52,763 bases of DNA, taken from positions 801,664 through 854,426 of the forward strand of contig CAXNMK010000002.1 of NCBI GenBank assembly GCA_964203225.1, written 5' to 3'. A model generated the notes under the pieces. That model was not told where the DNA came from and made no database searches. It saw only the letters and a list, made by a program, of their open reading frames with translations. Made by a program: the position numbers and the translations under genes. Below are positions 11,009 to 23,596 of this stretch, piece by piece (position 1 is the stretch's first letter; the number at the start of each line of letters is the position of its first letter). This DNA comes from Kofleriaceae bacterium. Its GTDB lineage: Bacteria > Myxococcota_A > Polyangia > Haliangiales > Haliangiaceae.

Positions 11009-11517
11009 GAGCGACGCCGACGCGTTCGCGCTGCTCGGCCTCGCGCCGGCCTACGAGATCGACGTCGCGGCGCTCGAGCGCGCCTACTTCGAGCGCAGCC
11101 GTCGAGGTCCACCCGGACCGGTTCGCCACGGCGCCCGCGGCCGAGCGCGTGGTCGCGCTGACGAAGGCGCGCGCGCTCAACGATGCCTACCAGCTGCTCA
11201 AGAAGCCGGTGCCGCGCGCGGAGTATCTCCTGTCGCGCGCGGGCGTCACGATCGGGGCCAACGAGCGCCTCGATCCCACGTTCTTGATGGAGATCCTCGA
11301 GCTCCGCGAGGAGCTGGCCCTGGCCCGCCACGCCGGCCGGACCGACGAGGTTGCGGCGAAGCAGGCCGCGATGGTCACCCGCCGCCGCGCCGTCCTGGCC
11401 GAGCTGCCCGCGCTGTTCCACGCTGACGATCTGCCCGCCCTCAAGGAGCGCCTGATCGTGCTGCGCTACCTCGACCGCTACCTCGAAGAGTGCAACGCCG
11501 CACTCGACGACGAATAG
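10980..11517 (+). CDS. hscB: Co-chaperone HscB (J-domain). Apparent 1-nt frameshift near 11100-11110
   Basis: J-domain helix I ([27 protein letters not shown]) is in the frame of ORF 10980..11426. The HPD motif and the rest ([44 protein letters not shown]...[15 protein letters not shown]) are in the frame of ORF 10813..11517. Both were verified by codon reading of 11041-11520. Confidence 0.65.
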
Positions 11518-11562
11518 GCGCCCGGCTCGTCGCCAGGCCCCGCCCAGAAAGAGACCGAGAAG

Positions 11563-13479
<1,917 letters not shown>

Positions 13480-13483
13480 ACCC

Positions 13484-13870
13484 ATGCCGAAGATCACGTT
13501 CGTCAACCCGCACGGCAAGGGCTCGGCCGGCCCTCTGTCGATCGACTGCAAGCGCGGCATCACCCTGCTCGACGCCGCCGAGGAGTGCGGCGCGCGCGTG
13601 GGGCACGCCTGCGGCGGCAACCTCGCGTGCTCGACCTGCCACGTCTACGTGAGCGAGGGGCTCGACTCCCTCGGCGACATCTCCGACAAGGAGAACGACA
13701 TCATGGACAAGGCGTTCGACGTGCGCGCCGAGTCCCGGCTCGGCTGCCAGGCTCCGGTCGGTGAGGTCGACCTCGTTGTCGAGATCTCGGACGAGAGCCT
13801 GCGTGCCTGGCTCGACGAGAACCCCGACGAGCGGAAGAAGCTCGCGGCCGCCCGCGACGCCGCGGGCTGA
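13484..13870 (+). CDS. fdx: ISC-type [2Fe-2S] ferredoxin (adrenodoxin family) Fdx
   Basis: 128 aa. Cys ligands CGGNLACSTCH...C. Begins 4 nt after the hscA stop. Confidence 0.9.
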   Translation: MPKITFVNPHGKGSAGPLSIDCKRGITLLDAAEECGARVGHACGGNLACSTCHVYVSEGLDSLGDISDKENDIMDKAFDVRAESRLGCQAPVGEVDLVVEISDESLRAWLDENPDERKKLAAARDAAG

Positions 13871-13896
13871 CCGCGCCCGCCCGGTCGCCGTCGCGG

Positions 13897-14665
13897 TCAC
13901 CAGGTGACGACGTGCTGCTGCGCATCGGGCTCCCAGCACGTGTCCGTGCCGAGGTACGCGATCGTGGCCACGACGGCGCGCTGGGCCGCCGCGATCGCCG
14001 CGGCCCCGAGGAACGCGCGGTTCGTGCAGCCGCTGTCCTCCGGCGTCGCGAGCCAGCTCGCGGGCGTGGCCGCATCGAGGAGCGAGGACGCGCCTGCCAT
14101 GATGACGAGCCGCGACGGCGACCACATCACCGTGTGGCGTCCGTCGGTGGCCGTCAGCGGGTCGTGCCGCACGCTGCGCGGCGCCGGCGGTGGGACCTCC
14201 ATCGCGGTGAGCGGTGCGAGCTGGTGCCGCGCGTGGAGGGCGCGTAGCAGCGCATCACCGGCGGCGATCCGCTCGCGGAGCTCGGGGCCAGGGCCGTCCG
14301 CCCCGATCAGCGTCTCGGCGTCGGCCGGTGCGAGGATCACGCGCCGCTCGAGCTCGCGGTCGGTGCGGTCGCGGACCACGATCGCGAGGTTCGGGTTGCC
14401 GCGGCCACCATCACCTCTGACGCTCGGCGAGCACGACCACGCCGCCGTCGCGCGCGATCGCGGGCAGGCCCGCGACGAGCAACCGCTGCTGGTCCGCGCG
14501 CCACACGACCTGCGGGCCGGCCGACGGCGCCTGCGCGACCGCGCCCGCGGGGGGCCGGGGCGGCGTGGCGCCCGTGGGGTGTGCGGCGGGCGCGCCGCAG
14601 GCGAGGGACCACGCGACCGCCACCCCCGTGGTGCGGCGGAGCAGGAGACCAGGGAGGCTCGGCAT
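13897..14665 (-). CDS. Putative lipoprotein. The signal peptide with lipobox (LAC) is in ORF 14411..14665. The protein-like C-terminal ~170 aa (ending TCWEPDAQQHVVTW) is in the frame of ORF 13897..15132. Apparent frameshift near 14405-14425
   Basis: MPSLPGLLLRRTTGVAVAWSLACGAP signal/lipobox. Codon reading at 14395-14455 shows a stop in one frame and continuation (GNPNLAIVVRDRTDRELERRVILAPADAETL...) in the +1 frame. The upstream part of the continuation frame is W/C-rich junk. Confidence 0.4.
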
Positions 14666-14677
14666 CGTCGAGGCGCG

Positions 14678-15466
14678 CTACTCGACGAGCTTGAGGTGGC
14701 CGCGCTTGCGCGGCTCCTCGTCCTTGACGACGACCGGCGGCCGCGGCACCACGGTGGGCGGGGCGGGCGCCAGATCGGGACCCGCAGCCTCGCCGCTGGC
14801 GGTGAGCACGTCCTCGGGGACGTCCTCCGGCCACACCGTGCCGCGCTGCTCGCCCTCGACCATCGCCGCGTACACCCCGGTCCACGGCAGGACCACGCGG
14901 AACGGCACGCCGCCGAACGTGAGCGTGCCGCCGATCGCCTCGTCATCCACGGACAGGTCCGTGATCGGCGGCGACAGGCTGTAGCCGAACCGGAGCACCA
15001 GGCTGGCGTCGTCGCGGAACCGGGCGGGGACGCTGACCTCGGCGCGGCGGGCGTCGACGTGCACGAGCACCGGCCCGCGCTCGAGCAGCGCCTCGACGGT
15101 CTTGCGCTTGTCCGGGGCACTCGCGTCGTCATCGTCGACGAGTGCGTCGATCGACGCGACGTCCTGCGGCGGCTCGCCGACCATGGCGACGAACTCGTCC
15201 TCGGCCATCAGGCCGGCGTCGACGGCGTCGCGGAGGATGCCCTCGGGGCGGTCACCGGCGGCCGCGGTCACGCGCTCGACCGTGCGCTCGCAGCGCGCCG
15301 CGTGGCGCAGCACGGCGCCGTGGGCGGCGAGGGCGCTGTGACCGCCACTGCGCCAGCGCGCGAGCGCGCGCTCGACATCCACCAGCGAGGTCGACACGCG
15401 GTGCTCGATCAGCGCGGTCACGACCGCCTGTAGCCGGGCCAGGGTCTTCGGATCACGCTCGAGCAT
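14678..15466 (-). CDS. SspB-domain protein (ClpXP adaptor-like) with an N-terminal extension
   Basis: The C-terminal half resembles stringent starvation protein B (LVHVDARRAEVSVPARFRDD...FGGVPFRVVLPWTGVYAAMVEGEQ). It ends with a ClpX-binding-like tail RGHLKLVE. Confidence 0.55.
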   Translation of the reverse strand: MLERDPKTLARLQAVVTALIEHRVSTSLVDVERALARWRSGGHSALAAHGAVLRHAARCERTVERVTAAAGDRPEGILRDAVDAGLMAEDEFVAMVGEPPQDVASIDALVDDDDASAPDKRKTVEALLERGPVLVHVDARRAEVSVPARFRDDASLVLRFGYSLSPPITDLSVDDEAIGGTLTFGGVPFRVVLPWTGVYAAMVEGEQRGTVWPEDVPEDVLTASGEAAGPDLAPAPPTVVPRPPVVVKDEEPRKRGHLKLVE

Positions 15467-15537
15467 GCAGCCAGGGACTTAGTACGCGGTGGGGGCGCCG
15501 TAAAGGCACAACGCGGGTTTCGCGCAGGTGAGGCGCA

Positions 15538-15984
15538 TCACTCGACGAGGTCGGCGAGCATGGCGCGCACGCGGTCCGGGATGGCGATCGCGACGAACCG
15601 TGCGAGATCCACCACCGCCGTGACCACCTGGCCCTCGGCGCACAGCGCGCGCTCCCGCGCGGGTGTGGCGTCGCTCGCCGGCTCGGCGGCGCGGTAGATC
15701 CGGTAGCGGAACGTGATCGACTTCGCGCCGAGCCGCGCGATCGAAAGCTCGATGTCCGCGATGTCGCCGAACGTGAGCGGCCCCTTGAAGTCGCACTCCG
15801 CGCGGACCGCCGGGAACCCCACGCGATCGGTGTCGATCAGCGCGGCGTACGCGCGGGCGCCGATCCGGGAGCGCCACAGCTCCTCGAACGCGAGGTGGAA
15901 CATGTGGAAGAACCGCGGGTAGTAGACGATGCCGGCGTGGTCGACGTCGGCGAACCGGATCGGCGTCGAGTACGTGAAGCTCAC
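15538..15984 (-). CDS. Acyl-CoA thioesterase (4HBT / YbgC-like hotdog fold)
   Basis: Motifs PIRFADVDHAGIVYYPRFFHMFHLAFEE and VGFPAVRAECDFKGPLTFGD. The likely GTG start at 15984 overlaps the folB TGA (GTGA). The track ORF extends to 16020. Confidence 0.8.
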   Translation of the reverse strand: MSFTYSTPIRFADVDHAGIVYYPRFFHMFHLAFEELWRSRIGARAYAALIDTDRVGFPAVRAECDFKGPLTFGDIADIELSIARLGAKSITFRYRIYRAAEPASDATPARERALCAEGQVVTAVVDLARFVAIAIPDRVRAMLADLVE

Positions 15985-16349
15985 GTGCCCACCGCGGGCA
16001 GCGACAGTCGCACGCCGCACGCCGCGGGCACGCCGGGGCAGGGCGGGGCGAGCTTCTCGAGCTCGATGGTCACGCTGGCACGCGGGTAGAGCTTCTGGAT
16101 CTCGGCGCCGATCTGCCCGGCGAGCGCCTCGATCAGCTTGTAGGTGGACTTCGTGCCGAGCGAGACCACGATCTCGCTGACCTTCCAGTAGTCCAGGGTG
16201 TCGACGAGCCGGTCGCTGGCTGCGGCGGCCGCGAGCGGCATCTCGAGCGTCAGGTTGACGCGGAATCGGCGGGTGCCGCGGCGCTCGGCGGCGGTGTAGC
16301 CGTGGTTGCCCTCGAACTCGAGGCCTCGGACGAAGACGCAGTCTGTCAC
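15981..16349 (-). CDS. folB: Dihydroneopterin aldolase FolB
   Basis: 122 aa, opening MTDCVFVRGLEFEGNHGYTAAERRGTRRFRVNLTLE (FolB signature). Confidence 0.8.
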   Translation of the reverse strand: MTDCVFVRGLEFEGNHGYTAAERRGTRRFRVNLTLEMPLAAAAASDRLVDTLDYWKVSEIVVSLGTKSTYKLIEALAGQIGAEIQKLYPRASVTIELEKLAPPCPGVPAACGVRLSLPAVGT

Positions 16350-16359
16350 GCGCGCGAAG

Positions 16360-16929
16360 CTACCGCATGCCGCCCTGCGCGCCCACCTCGTCGTCGCCCT
16401 CGTCGGCGTCCTCGCCCTGCTCGCGCTTCACCTTCTGCATCTTCTTCTTGATCATCTGACGCTTGAGCGGGCCGACGAAGTCGACCAGCAGCTTGCCCGT
16501 CAGGTGGTCGTTCTCGTGGAGCAGGCAGCGCGCCATCAGGCCCTCGCCCTCGCACTCGAACATCTGCCCGTCGAGGCCCATCGCGCGGACCCTCGCCCGC
16601 AGGGGGCGCTTGACCTTGACGTAGACCTCGGGGAACGACAGGCAGCCCTCCTCGCTGTCCTGTTGCTCGTCCGACGCCCACACCACCTCGGGGTTCAAGA
16701 ACGCGACCGGCGGGTCCTTCTCGTCGCGCCCCGCGAGCTTGGGCTCGACGATGAACATCCGGCGCGGATCGCCGAGCTGGAGCGCCGCGATCCCGAGGCC
16801 GTTCTCGGCGTACATCGAGTCGACGAGATCTTGATAGAGCTCGCGGACCGAGTCGTCCACGGTCGTGATCGCCACGGAGGGCTGACGGAGACGGTCATCG
16901 GGCCACACCACGACGGGACGGACAGCCAT
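16360..16929 (-). CDS. def: Peptide deformylase with an acidic/lysine-rich C-terminal tail
   Basis: Motifs GIGLAAIQLG-like (GLGIAALQLG), EGCLSFP and HENDHLTG. Start taken at MAVRPVVVWPD (16929). The track ORF extends to 16998. Confidence 0.85.
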   Translation of the reverse strand: MAVRPVVVWPDDRLRQPSVAITTVDDSVRELYQDLVDSMYAENGLGIAALQLGDPRRMFIVEPKLAGRDEKDPPVAFLNPEVVWASDEQQDSEEGCLSFPEVYVKVKRPLRARVRAMGLDGQMFECEGEGLMARCLLHENDHLTGKLLVDFVGPLKRQMIKKKMQKVKREQGEDADEGDDEVGAQGGMR

Positions 16930-17012
16930 GAGCCGGATGTTAGCATGCGTCGCGCGGGCGTCCCCCGGGTGATTGACATTGCCGACATCCCCGGCCATAC
17001 ACGCGCATCCTC

Positions 17013-17621
17013 ATGATTACGCGGTACTCCGATTCCAAGCTCCCCACGGCGAACGGGGAGTTCCGGGTCGTGGTGTACCGGACGGGTGGGGAGGCTGGCC
17101 CGGGCGGCACGGCGGTCGGGACCGGCCCGGAGGAGCACGTGGCGATGGTGCTCGGCGACGTCGCCGGCGACGCGGTGCTGACCCGGGTCCACTCCTCGTG
17201 CTTCACCGGCGAGGTCCTCGGCAGCCTGCGCTGCGACTGCCGCGCGCAGCTCGACGCCGCGCTCGCGCGGATCGGCGTGGAGGGCCGCGGTGTGGTCGTC
17301 TACCTCGTGCAGGAGGGCCGCGGCATCGGCCTTGGCAACAAGGTCCGCGCGTACCAGCTCCAGGACGACGGCGCCGACACCGTGGACGCCAACCTCGCGC
17401 TCGGGTTCGACGCCGACCACCGGACCTACGACCTCGCCGCCAGCATCCTTCGCGATCTCGGTGCCACGAGCGTCCGCCTGATGACCAACAACCCCGACAA
17501 GATCGCCGGCCTCGAGAGCGCCGGCGTCATCGTCACCGCGGAGCCCCACTGGGTCGCCGCGACCGAGCACAGCGCCAGCTACCTCGACGTCAAGAAGTCC
17601 AAGCTCGGGCACATCGCCTAG
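17013..17621 (+). CDS. ribA: GTP cyclohydrolase II
   Basis: Zinc Cys triad CFTGEVLGSLRCDCRAQ. Also YLVQEGRGIGLGNKVRAYQLQDDGADTVDAN. Confidence 0.9.
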   Translation: MITRYSDSKLPTANGEFRVVVYRTGGEAGPGGTAVGTGPEEHVAMVLGDVAGDAVLTRVHSSCFTGEVLGSLRCDCRAQLDAALARIGVEGRGVVVYLVQEGRGIGLGNKVRAYQLQDDGADTVDANLALGFDADHRTYDLAASILRDLGATSVRLMTNNPDKIAGLESAGVIVTAEPHWVAATEHSASYLDVKKSKLGHIA

Positions 17622-17645
17622 GCTGCCAGCAGGAGTCCCGTTTCC

Positions 17646-18737
<1,092 letters not shown>

Positions 18738-18749
18738 CGCGCTCGAACG

Positions 18750-19439
18750 TCAGTTGACCGACAGGTCGCCGGGCTCGAGCTCGCACAGCAGGTGGCTGAC
18801 GTGCCCGAGCGTGCGCTGCAGGCGGACCATCGGATCGCGCGCCTCGAGCAGCGCCTGGCGGGCGTCGGCGTCCATCACGAGCGCGGCGGCGACCGCGTCG
18901 GCGCACGCGCCCGGGGCGTCGAACGCACGCACCAGCTCGCGGAGCTGCGGGCCGCCTTGCTCGATCACCTCCGCGAGGCGATCACACAGCGAGATCAGCT
19001 GGCGGTGGTGGTCGCGGGCGTCCACCGGATCACAGCTGGCGTCCGGGAGCAGGCGCGCCTCGACCTGGCGGTACAGGCGCTCGCCCGAGGACAGCTCGCG
19101 CGCGATCTGCACGCGCGCCACGCCGCGCAGCAGCAACGCGAACCGGCCGTCGGGGAGCTCCTCGGAGCAGATGATCTTGCCCACGCCCACGCTGTCGAAC
19201 ACCGGCGGGCGCCCGTAGTAGGCGGTCTGGAACCCGGGGCGGAGGCGTGCCACGCCGATCAGCTGGTGGCTCGCGAGGCTGTCGCGCGCGAGCGCGCGGT
19301 AGCGCGGCTCGAACACGTGAAGGGGGAGCAGGCCGCCAGGCAGCAGCACGCAGTTCGGCAACGGGAACAGCGGCAGTGACGTCAGCGCGCTCGGGTCGAA
19401 GCTGGTGTCTCCGGTGTCCGTCATGTCCACCACGTTCAT
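18750..19439 (-). CDS. Lon N-terminal (LON substrate-binding) domain protein
   Basis: LPLFPLPNCVLLPGGLLPLHVFEPRYRALARD matches the Lon N-domain (PF02190) signature. Confidence 0.8.
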   Translation of the reverse strand: MNVVDMTDTGDTSFDPSALTSLPLFPLPNCVLLPGGLLPLHVFEPRYRALARDSLASHQLIGVARLRPGFQTAYYGRPPVFDSVGVGKIICSEELPDGRFALLLRGVARVQIARELSSGERLYRQVEARLLPDASCDPVDARDHHRQLISLCDRLAEVIEQGGPQLRELVRAFDAPGACADAVAAALVMDADARQALLEARDPMVRLQRTLGHVSHLLCELEPGDLSVN

Positions 19440-20152
19440 CCGTAGACGTCGATGCAGGCGCCGGTCAGGCCGGCCGGCGCGCCGTGAGGCGCGGGGCAGG
19501 CGAGGAACAGCGCGGTGGCGGCGATGTCATCGGGCGTCATGTCCGGTCTCGCCCCGGGGAGTCCTTGGCGGAGCATCGGCGTGTCCACGCTTCCCGGGCA
19601 GATCGCATTCACGGCAATCTTAGCAGCGCGAAGCTCCTCGGCAAGGGCGCGGGTGAAGCCGACCACCGCGTGCTTGGCCGCGCAGTAGGCGGCGAGCAGC
19701 GGCGTGCCCTCGCGCCCGGCGCGCGATGCGATGTTGATGATCCGGCCACCGCCGCCGGCGAGCAGGTCGGGCAGGAGCGCGCGGGTGACCGCGAACGTGC
19801 CAAAGGCGTTGACCGCCATCACGCGCTGCCAGTCGGCATCGGTGATCTCGACGGTGGGCTTGCGCAGCACCGCGCCCGCGTTGTTGACGACGATCCGCAC
19901 GGGCGCCATCGTGCGCCGCACGCGCTCGGCGGCGGCATCGATCGCCGCGCTGTCGGCGACGTCGACGATCATCGCGGAGGCGCGGCCGCCGGCAGAGGTG
20001 ATCTCGGCGACGACCTCGGCGAGCGCGCCCTCGTCGCGCGCCCACAGCGCCACCTCGGCGCCCGCGCCGGCGAGGGCCTGCGCGATCGCCCTCCCGATCC
20101 CGCGGCTCGCGCCGGTCACCACCGCCGTCGATCCCGCCAGCGGCTGGCTCAC
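19436..20152 (-). CDS. SDR-family oxidoreductase
   Basis: TGASRGIGRAIA Rossmann motif, NNAG, and catalytic YCAAK. GTG start at 20152 overlaps the stop of the upstream lipoprotein gene (GTGA). Confidence 0.8.
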   Translation of the reverse strand: MSQPLAGSTAVVTGASRGIGRAIAQALAGAGAEVALWARDEGALAEVVAEITSAGGRASAMIVDVADSAAIDAAAERVRRTMAPVRIVVNNAGAVLRKPTVEITDADWQRVMAVNAFGTFAVTRALLPDLLAGGGGRIINIASRAGREGTPLLAAYCAAKHAVVGFTRALAEELRAAKIAVNAICPGSVDTPMLRQGLPGARPDMTPDDIAATALFLACPAPHGAPAGLTGACIDVYG

Positions 20153-20679
20153 TTCTGCTTGTCCTTGCGGTCGTACTTCTTGAGCTCCTCGGGCTCCGGA
20201 TCGCCGAGCTGCGTGCGGCCTTGCTGCGAGGCGAGGTCGAGGGGGTCGACGATCGTGTTGTACGGGTACGGCATCTTGATCGACTGGCACTGGAACGACG
20301 CCTGCTGCTGGTCGTCCTTGACGTCGAACACGTAGACCGGGTCCTGCGGGCCGCCGTCGCCGTTGCTGCAGTCCTTGAGGAACGCCCAGCCGCTGCCGTC
20401 GATCTCCTTCCACACGCCATCGAACTCGCCCGGCGTCATCGACCGGGCGTCCTCCTGGCGGGTGCCGGCCTTGTCGATCCGCCAGCGCTGGATGCGCGGC
20501 CCGTCGCTGGCGCAGTCCATCTGCACGCCGATCTCGTCACCTCCAAGGTGGTGGGTCGCCATGTAGCTGACGATCCGGTCCTTGCAGGCGAACTCCTGCG
20601 CCTCGGCGTCGGCCTGCTTCTGCCGCGCCCCGCATCCCGCCGCGGCCAGGGCGGCGCCGAGCAGCAGCGCGTTATGCAT
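20149..20679 (-). CDS. Putative lipoprotein, function unknown
   Basis: Signal peptide with lipobox [17 protein letters not shown]. Multiple Cys in the mature part. The track ORF starts further upstream (20718). Confidence 0.55.
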   Translation of the reverse strand: MHNALLLGAALAAAGCGARQKQADAEAQEFACKDRIVSYMATHHLGGDEIGVQMDCASDGPRIQRWRIDKAGTRQEDARSMTPGEFDGVWKEIDGSGWAFLKDCSNGDGGPQDPVYVFDVKDDQQQASFQCQSIKMPYPYNTIVDPLDLASQQGRTQLGDPEPEELKKYDRKDKQK

Positions 20680-21253
20680 GGTCCGCGGCGAGCGAGGCGC
20701 GCAGGTCATCGAGGCCATCCTTGCGGTGCTGGTAGTTCGGGTGATCGATCGCGATCGCGACGGACGTGCCGGCGGTCTGGAGCGCGGTCCGCGCCTCGGG
20801 GGAGAGCGGGAACCGCAGGTACTGGACCGCGGAGATCCGTTCGGTCGACGAACGGCCGGGCTCGAACGCCGCGCGGATCACGTGCGGGCCGATGTGCAGC
20901 ACGACGTGCTCGTCGAGCCCGACCAGCTCGCGGAGGCGGTCCTTGAGGTGCTCGTCCTGCGGCAGTGGCACGAACAGCGTGGCCGCGAGCGAGTCCTCGG
21001 TGGGCATCAGCTGGTTGGCGCTCGCGATCTCGGCCTCGAGCAGCTCGGCCGTGAGGTTCTCGAGCCGGCAGATCTCCTCGATCTGCATGGTCAACGTGAG
21101 CCGGTTGTCGAACACGATCTCGACCCGGTCGCCGAGGAACACCCGCCTCGCCTTCTTCATCTGGATCACGCGCTGGCGGTAATCGTCCCGGATGTGCGCG
21201 TACATCGCGGGGCCCTTGATGTCGAATCGGGTGATGGGGCGAACCAGGGTCAT
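20672..21253 (-). CDS. DUF3501 family protein
   Basis: [54 protein letters not shown]... resembles the DUF3501 family, which is often rubrerythrin-linked. The start is chosen inside the track ORF (which runs to 21340). Confidence 0.6.
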   Translation of the reverse strand: MTLVRPITRFDIKGPAMYAHIRDDYRQRVIQMKKARRVFLGDRVEIVFDNRLTLTMQIEEICRLENLTAELLEAEIASANQLMPTEDSLAATLFVPLPQDEHLKDRLRELVGLDEHVVLHIGPHVIRAAFEPGRSSTERISAVQYLRFPLSPEARTALQTAGTSVAIAIDHPNYQHRKDGLDDLRASLAADHA

Positions 21254-21394
21254 GGCGGCGGTGTAGCACCATCGTACTACGCGACCAGCCCGGGTGCGGC
21301 GCTCGTCGCGCCTGCCCGAAAACGACCACGGGCGCCCCACCTCGCGGTGGTGGCGCCCGTGGTGGTCACGAGCCCGGAGGCTCGCGACGACGTC

Positions 21395-21820
<426 letters not shown>

Positions 21821-21961
21821 CGTGATCTCCTTCTTTCCGCTGGCTGTCGTACCACCGTGGGCAGGAGCCAGCAACGCCGAGATGCCCGGAACGGGGCGAG
21901 GGTTGCGCGGGATGCGCCATCGAGGCGCCATCGGTGCGCTCCGCGTGCGCTCCGCGTGCGT

Positions 21962-23596
21962 TCAGCGTGCGCCGAGGTACGCCGCGAGCACCCCGACGAT
22001 CTCGTCGGTCATCGCGCGCGCCGGGCCCTTGCCGCCCGCGGGGATGTCGTTGACGAGCACCGCGAACGCGAGCGGGCGGTTGCTGTCGACGCCCACGTAG
22101 CCCGCGAGCGAGACCACCTTCTCGAGCGTGCCGGTCTTGGCGCGCACGCGCCCACGCGCCGGCTGTCCGAGGTAGCGCCGCGCGAGCGTTCCATCCGCGC
22201 CGCCGACAGGGAGCGAGGCGAGCAGGTCCGGGCCGATCCGGTAGTCGGCGTGGGCGGCCGCGAGCAGCGTCACCAGCTGCGTCGCGGACACCGCCGTCGC
22301 GGCGAACAGGCCGGAGCCGTTGCCCTGGCGGTAGCTACCCGCGGGGACGCCGAGCGCGGCGAGCGCGGTCCGCACCGCCGCGAGGCCATCCTCCCAGGTC
22401 GCCGGGCCGGGTGTTGTGCGGGTCTCCGCGCCGAGCGTCTTCAGCACGCTCTCGGCGACGTAGTTGTCCGACGCCTTGTTCATGATCCGGATCACCTCGC
22501 CGAGCGGCGCGCTGTCGTGCGCGGCGAGCAGGCGAGCGGTCAGCGGCACCGGCCCGGTGCCGATCGACTTCTGCGTGAACGTGATGCCCCGCGTCGCGAG
22601 CGCCTGCTTGAACACCTCGCCCGCGAACCGCGCCGGATCGTCGACGCGGCGGCGGACGTCCCAGGTCCCCTCGCCGACGCGGATCTTGCCCGTGATCTCG
22701 TAGGCGACGTGATCGGGCCTGGGCTTGATCTCGAGGCGCAGGCGCGTGCGGCCCTCGGTGACGCTGACCACCTCGGTGCGCGTCAGCCGGAGGTAGGCGC
22801 CGGCGTCGGGCTCGAGCGTGACGGTCGCGGTACCTCCCGGGTTCGGCATCACGCTCACCGTCGCCGCGCTGCGGGCGACCCCGATGCTGGCGACCGGCGC
22901 GCGGAACGCGGCGCGCTCCTTGGGCTGCTCGGCGAAGTGCGGTGGCTCGACCTGATCGTCGAAGTACGACAGGTCGAGCACGAGCCGGCCGTCGATCGTC
23001 CGGACGCCCCGCGCCGCGAGCTCGGTGGCGAGGTTGTCGAGCGCCGCCACCGACAGCAGCGGATCGCCCCGGCCGCGCAGGTAGAGGTCGCCGTCGACGC
23101 GCCCCGCGGGATCGGGCGGCGCCGCGAACACGCCGGTGCGCCAGCGGAAGCCAGGGCCGAGCGTGCCGAGCGCCGCGATCGCGGTCAGCAGCTTGGCGTT
23201 CGACGCGAGGTTCATGCCGCGCGTGCCCTCGCGGGCGAACAGGGGCTCGCCGGTCGTGACATCCACGACCACGACCGCGATGGTGGCGCCCGCGAGCTGG
23301 GGCCGGCTGGTGCTCGCCGCCGTCAGGCGCTCGACGAGCCACGGCTTCCGCGCCGCGGGCAGGGCGGGGGCGACGAGCGCGCTGCTGCTGCTGCTGCTGC
23401 CGCCCCCGGCGCCCGGGTCGTCCTCGCCCTCGGCGCTCGTGGGCTCGTGGGCGGTCGCGGGATCGGCGAGGGTGGCCGAGCCGGCACCGGGCGCGCCGTT
23501 GCCTTGCGAGCGCGCTGCCGGGGGACCGATACTCACCGCCGTCAGCGCGAACGCGAATGCCATCGCCGCCCGCCGCCGACGGAACCCAGATGCCAC
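21962..23596 (-). CDS. dacB: D-alanyl-D-alanine carboxypeptidase/endopeptidase (PBP4, peptidase S13)
   Basis: Signal peptide. Motifs [12 protein letters not shown] (SxxK), SDN and KTGT. Confidence 0.85.
   Translation of the reverse strand: MASGFRRRRAAMAFAFALTAVSIGPPAARSQGNGAPGAGSATLADPATAHEPTSAEGEDDPGAGGGSSSSSSALVAPALPAARKPWLVERLTAASTSRPQLAGATIAVVVVDVTTGEPLFAREGTRGMNLASNAKLLTAIAALGTLGPGFRWRTGVFAAPPDPAGRVDGDLYLRGRGDPLLSVAALDNLATELAARGVRTIDGRLVLDLSYFDDQVEPPHFAEQPKERAAFRAPVASIGVARSAATVSVMPNPGGTATVTLEPDAGAYLRLTRTEVVSVTEGRTRLRLEIKPRPDHVAYEITGKIRVGEGTWDVRRRVDDPARFAGEVFKQALATRGITFTQKSIGTGPVPLTARLLAAHDSAPLGEVIRIMNKASDNYVAESVLKTLGAETRTTPGPATWEDGLAAVRTALAALGVPAGSYRQGNGSGLFAATAVSATQLVTLLAAAHADYRIGPDLLASLPVGGADGTLARRYLGQPARGRVRAKTGTLEKVVSLAGYVGVDSNRPLAFAVLVNDIPAGGKGPARAMTDEIVGVLAAYLGAR

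Noticed and set aside
13904-15433. 509 aa plus ORF and 13897..15132 minus ORF (N-terminal part)
   Set aside because: Antisense or wrong-frame reads of the lipoprotein and SspB-like genes. Only the last ~170 aa of the minus ORF were kept, as the lipoprotein C-terminus
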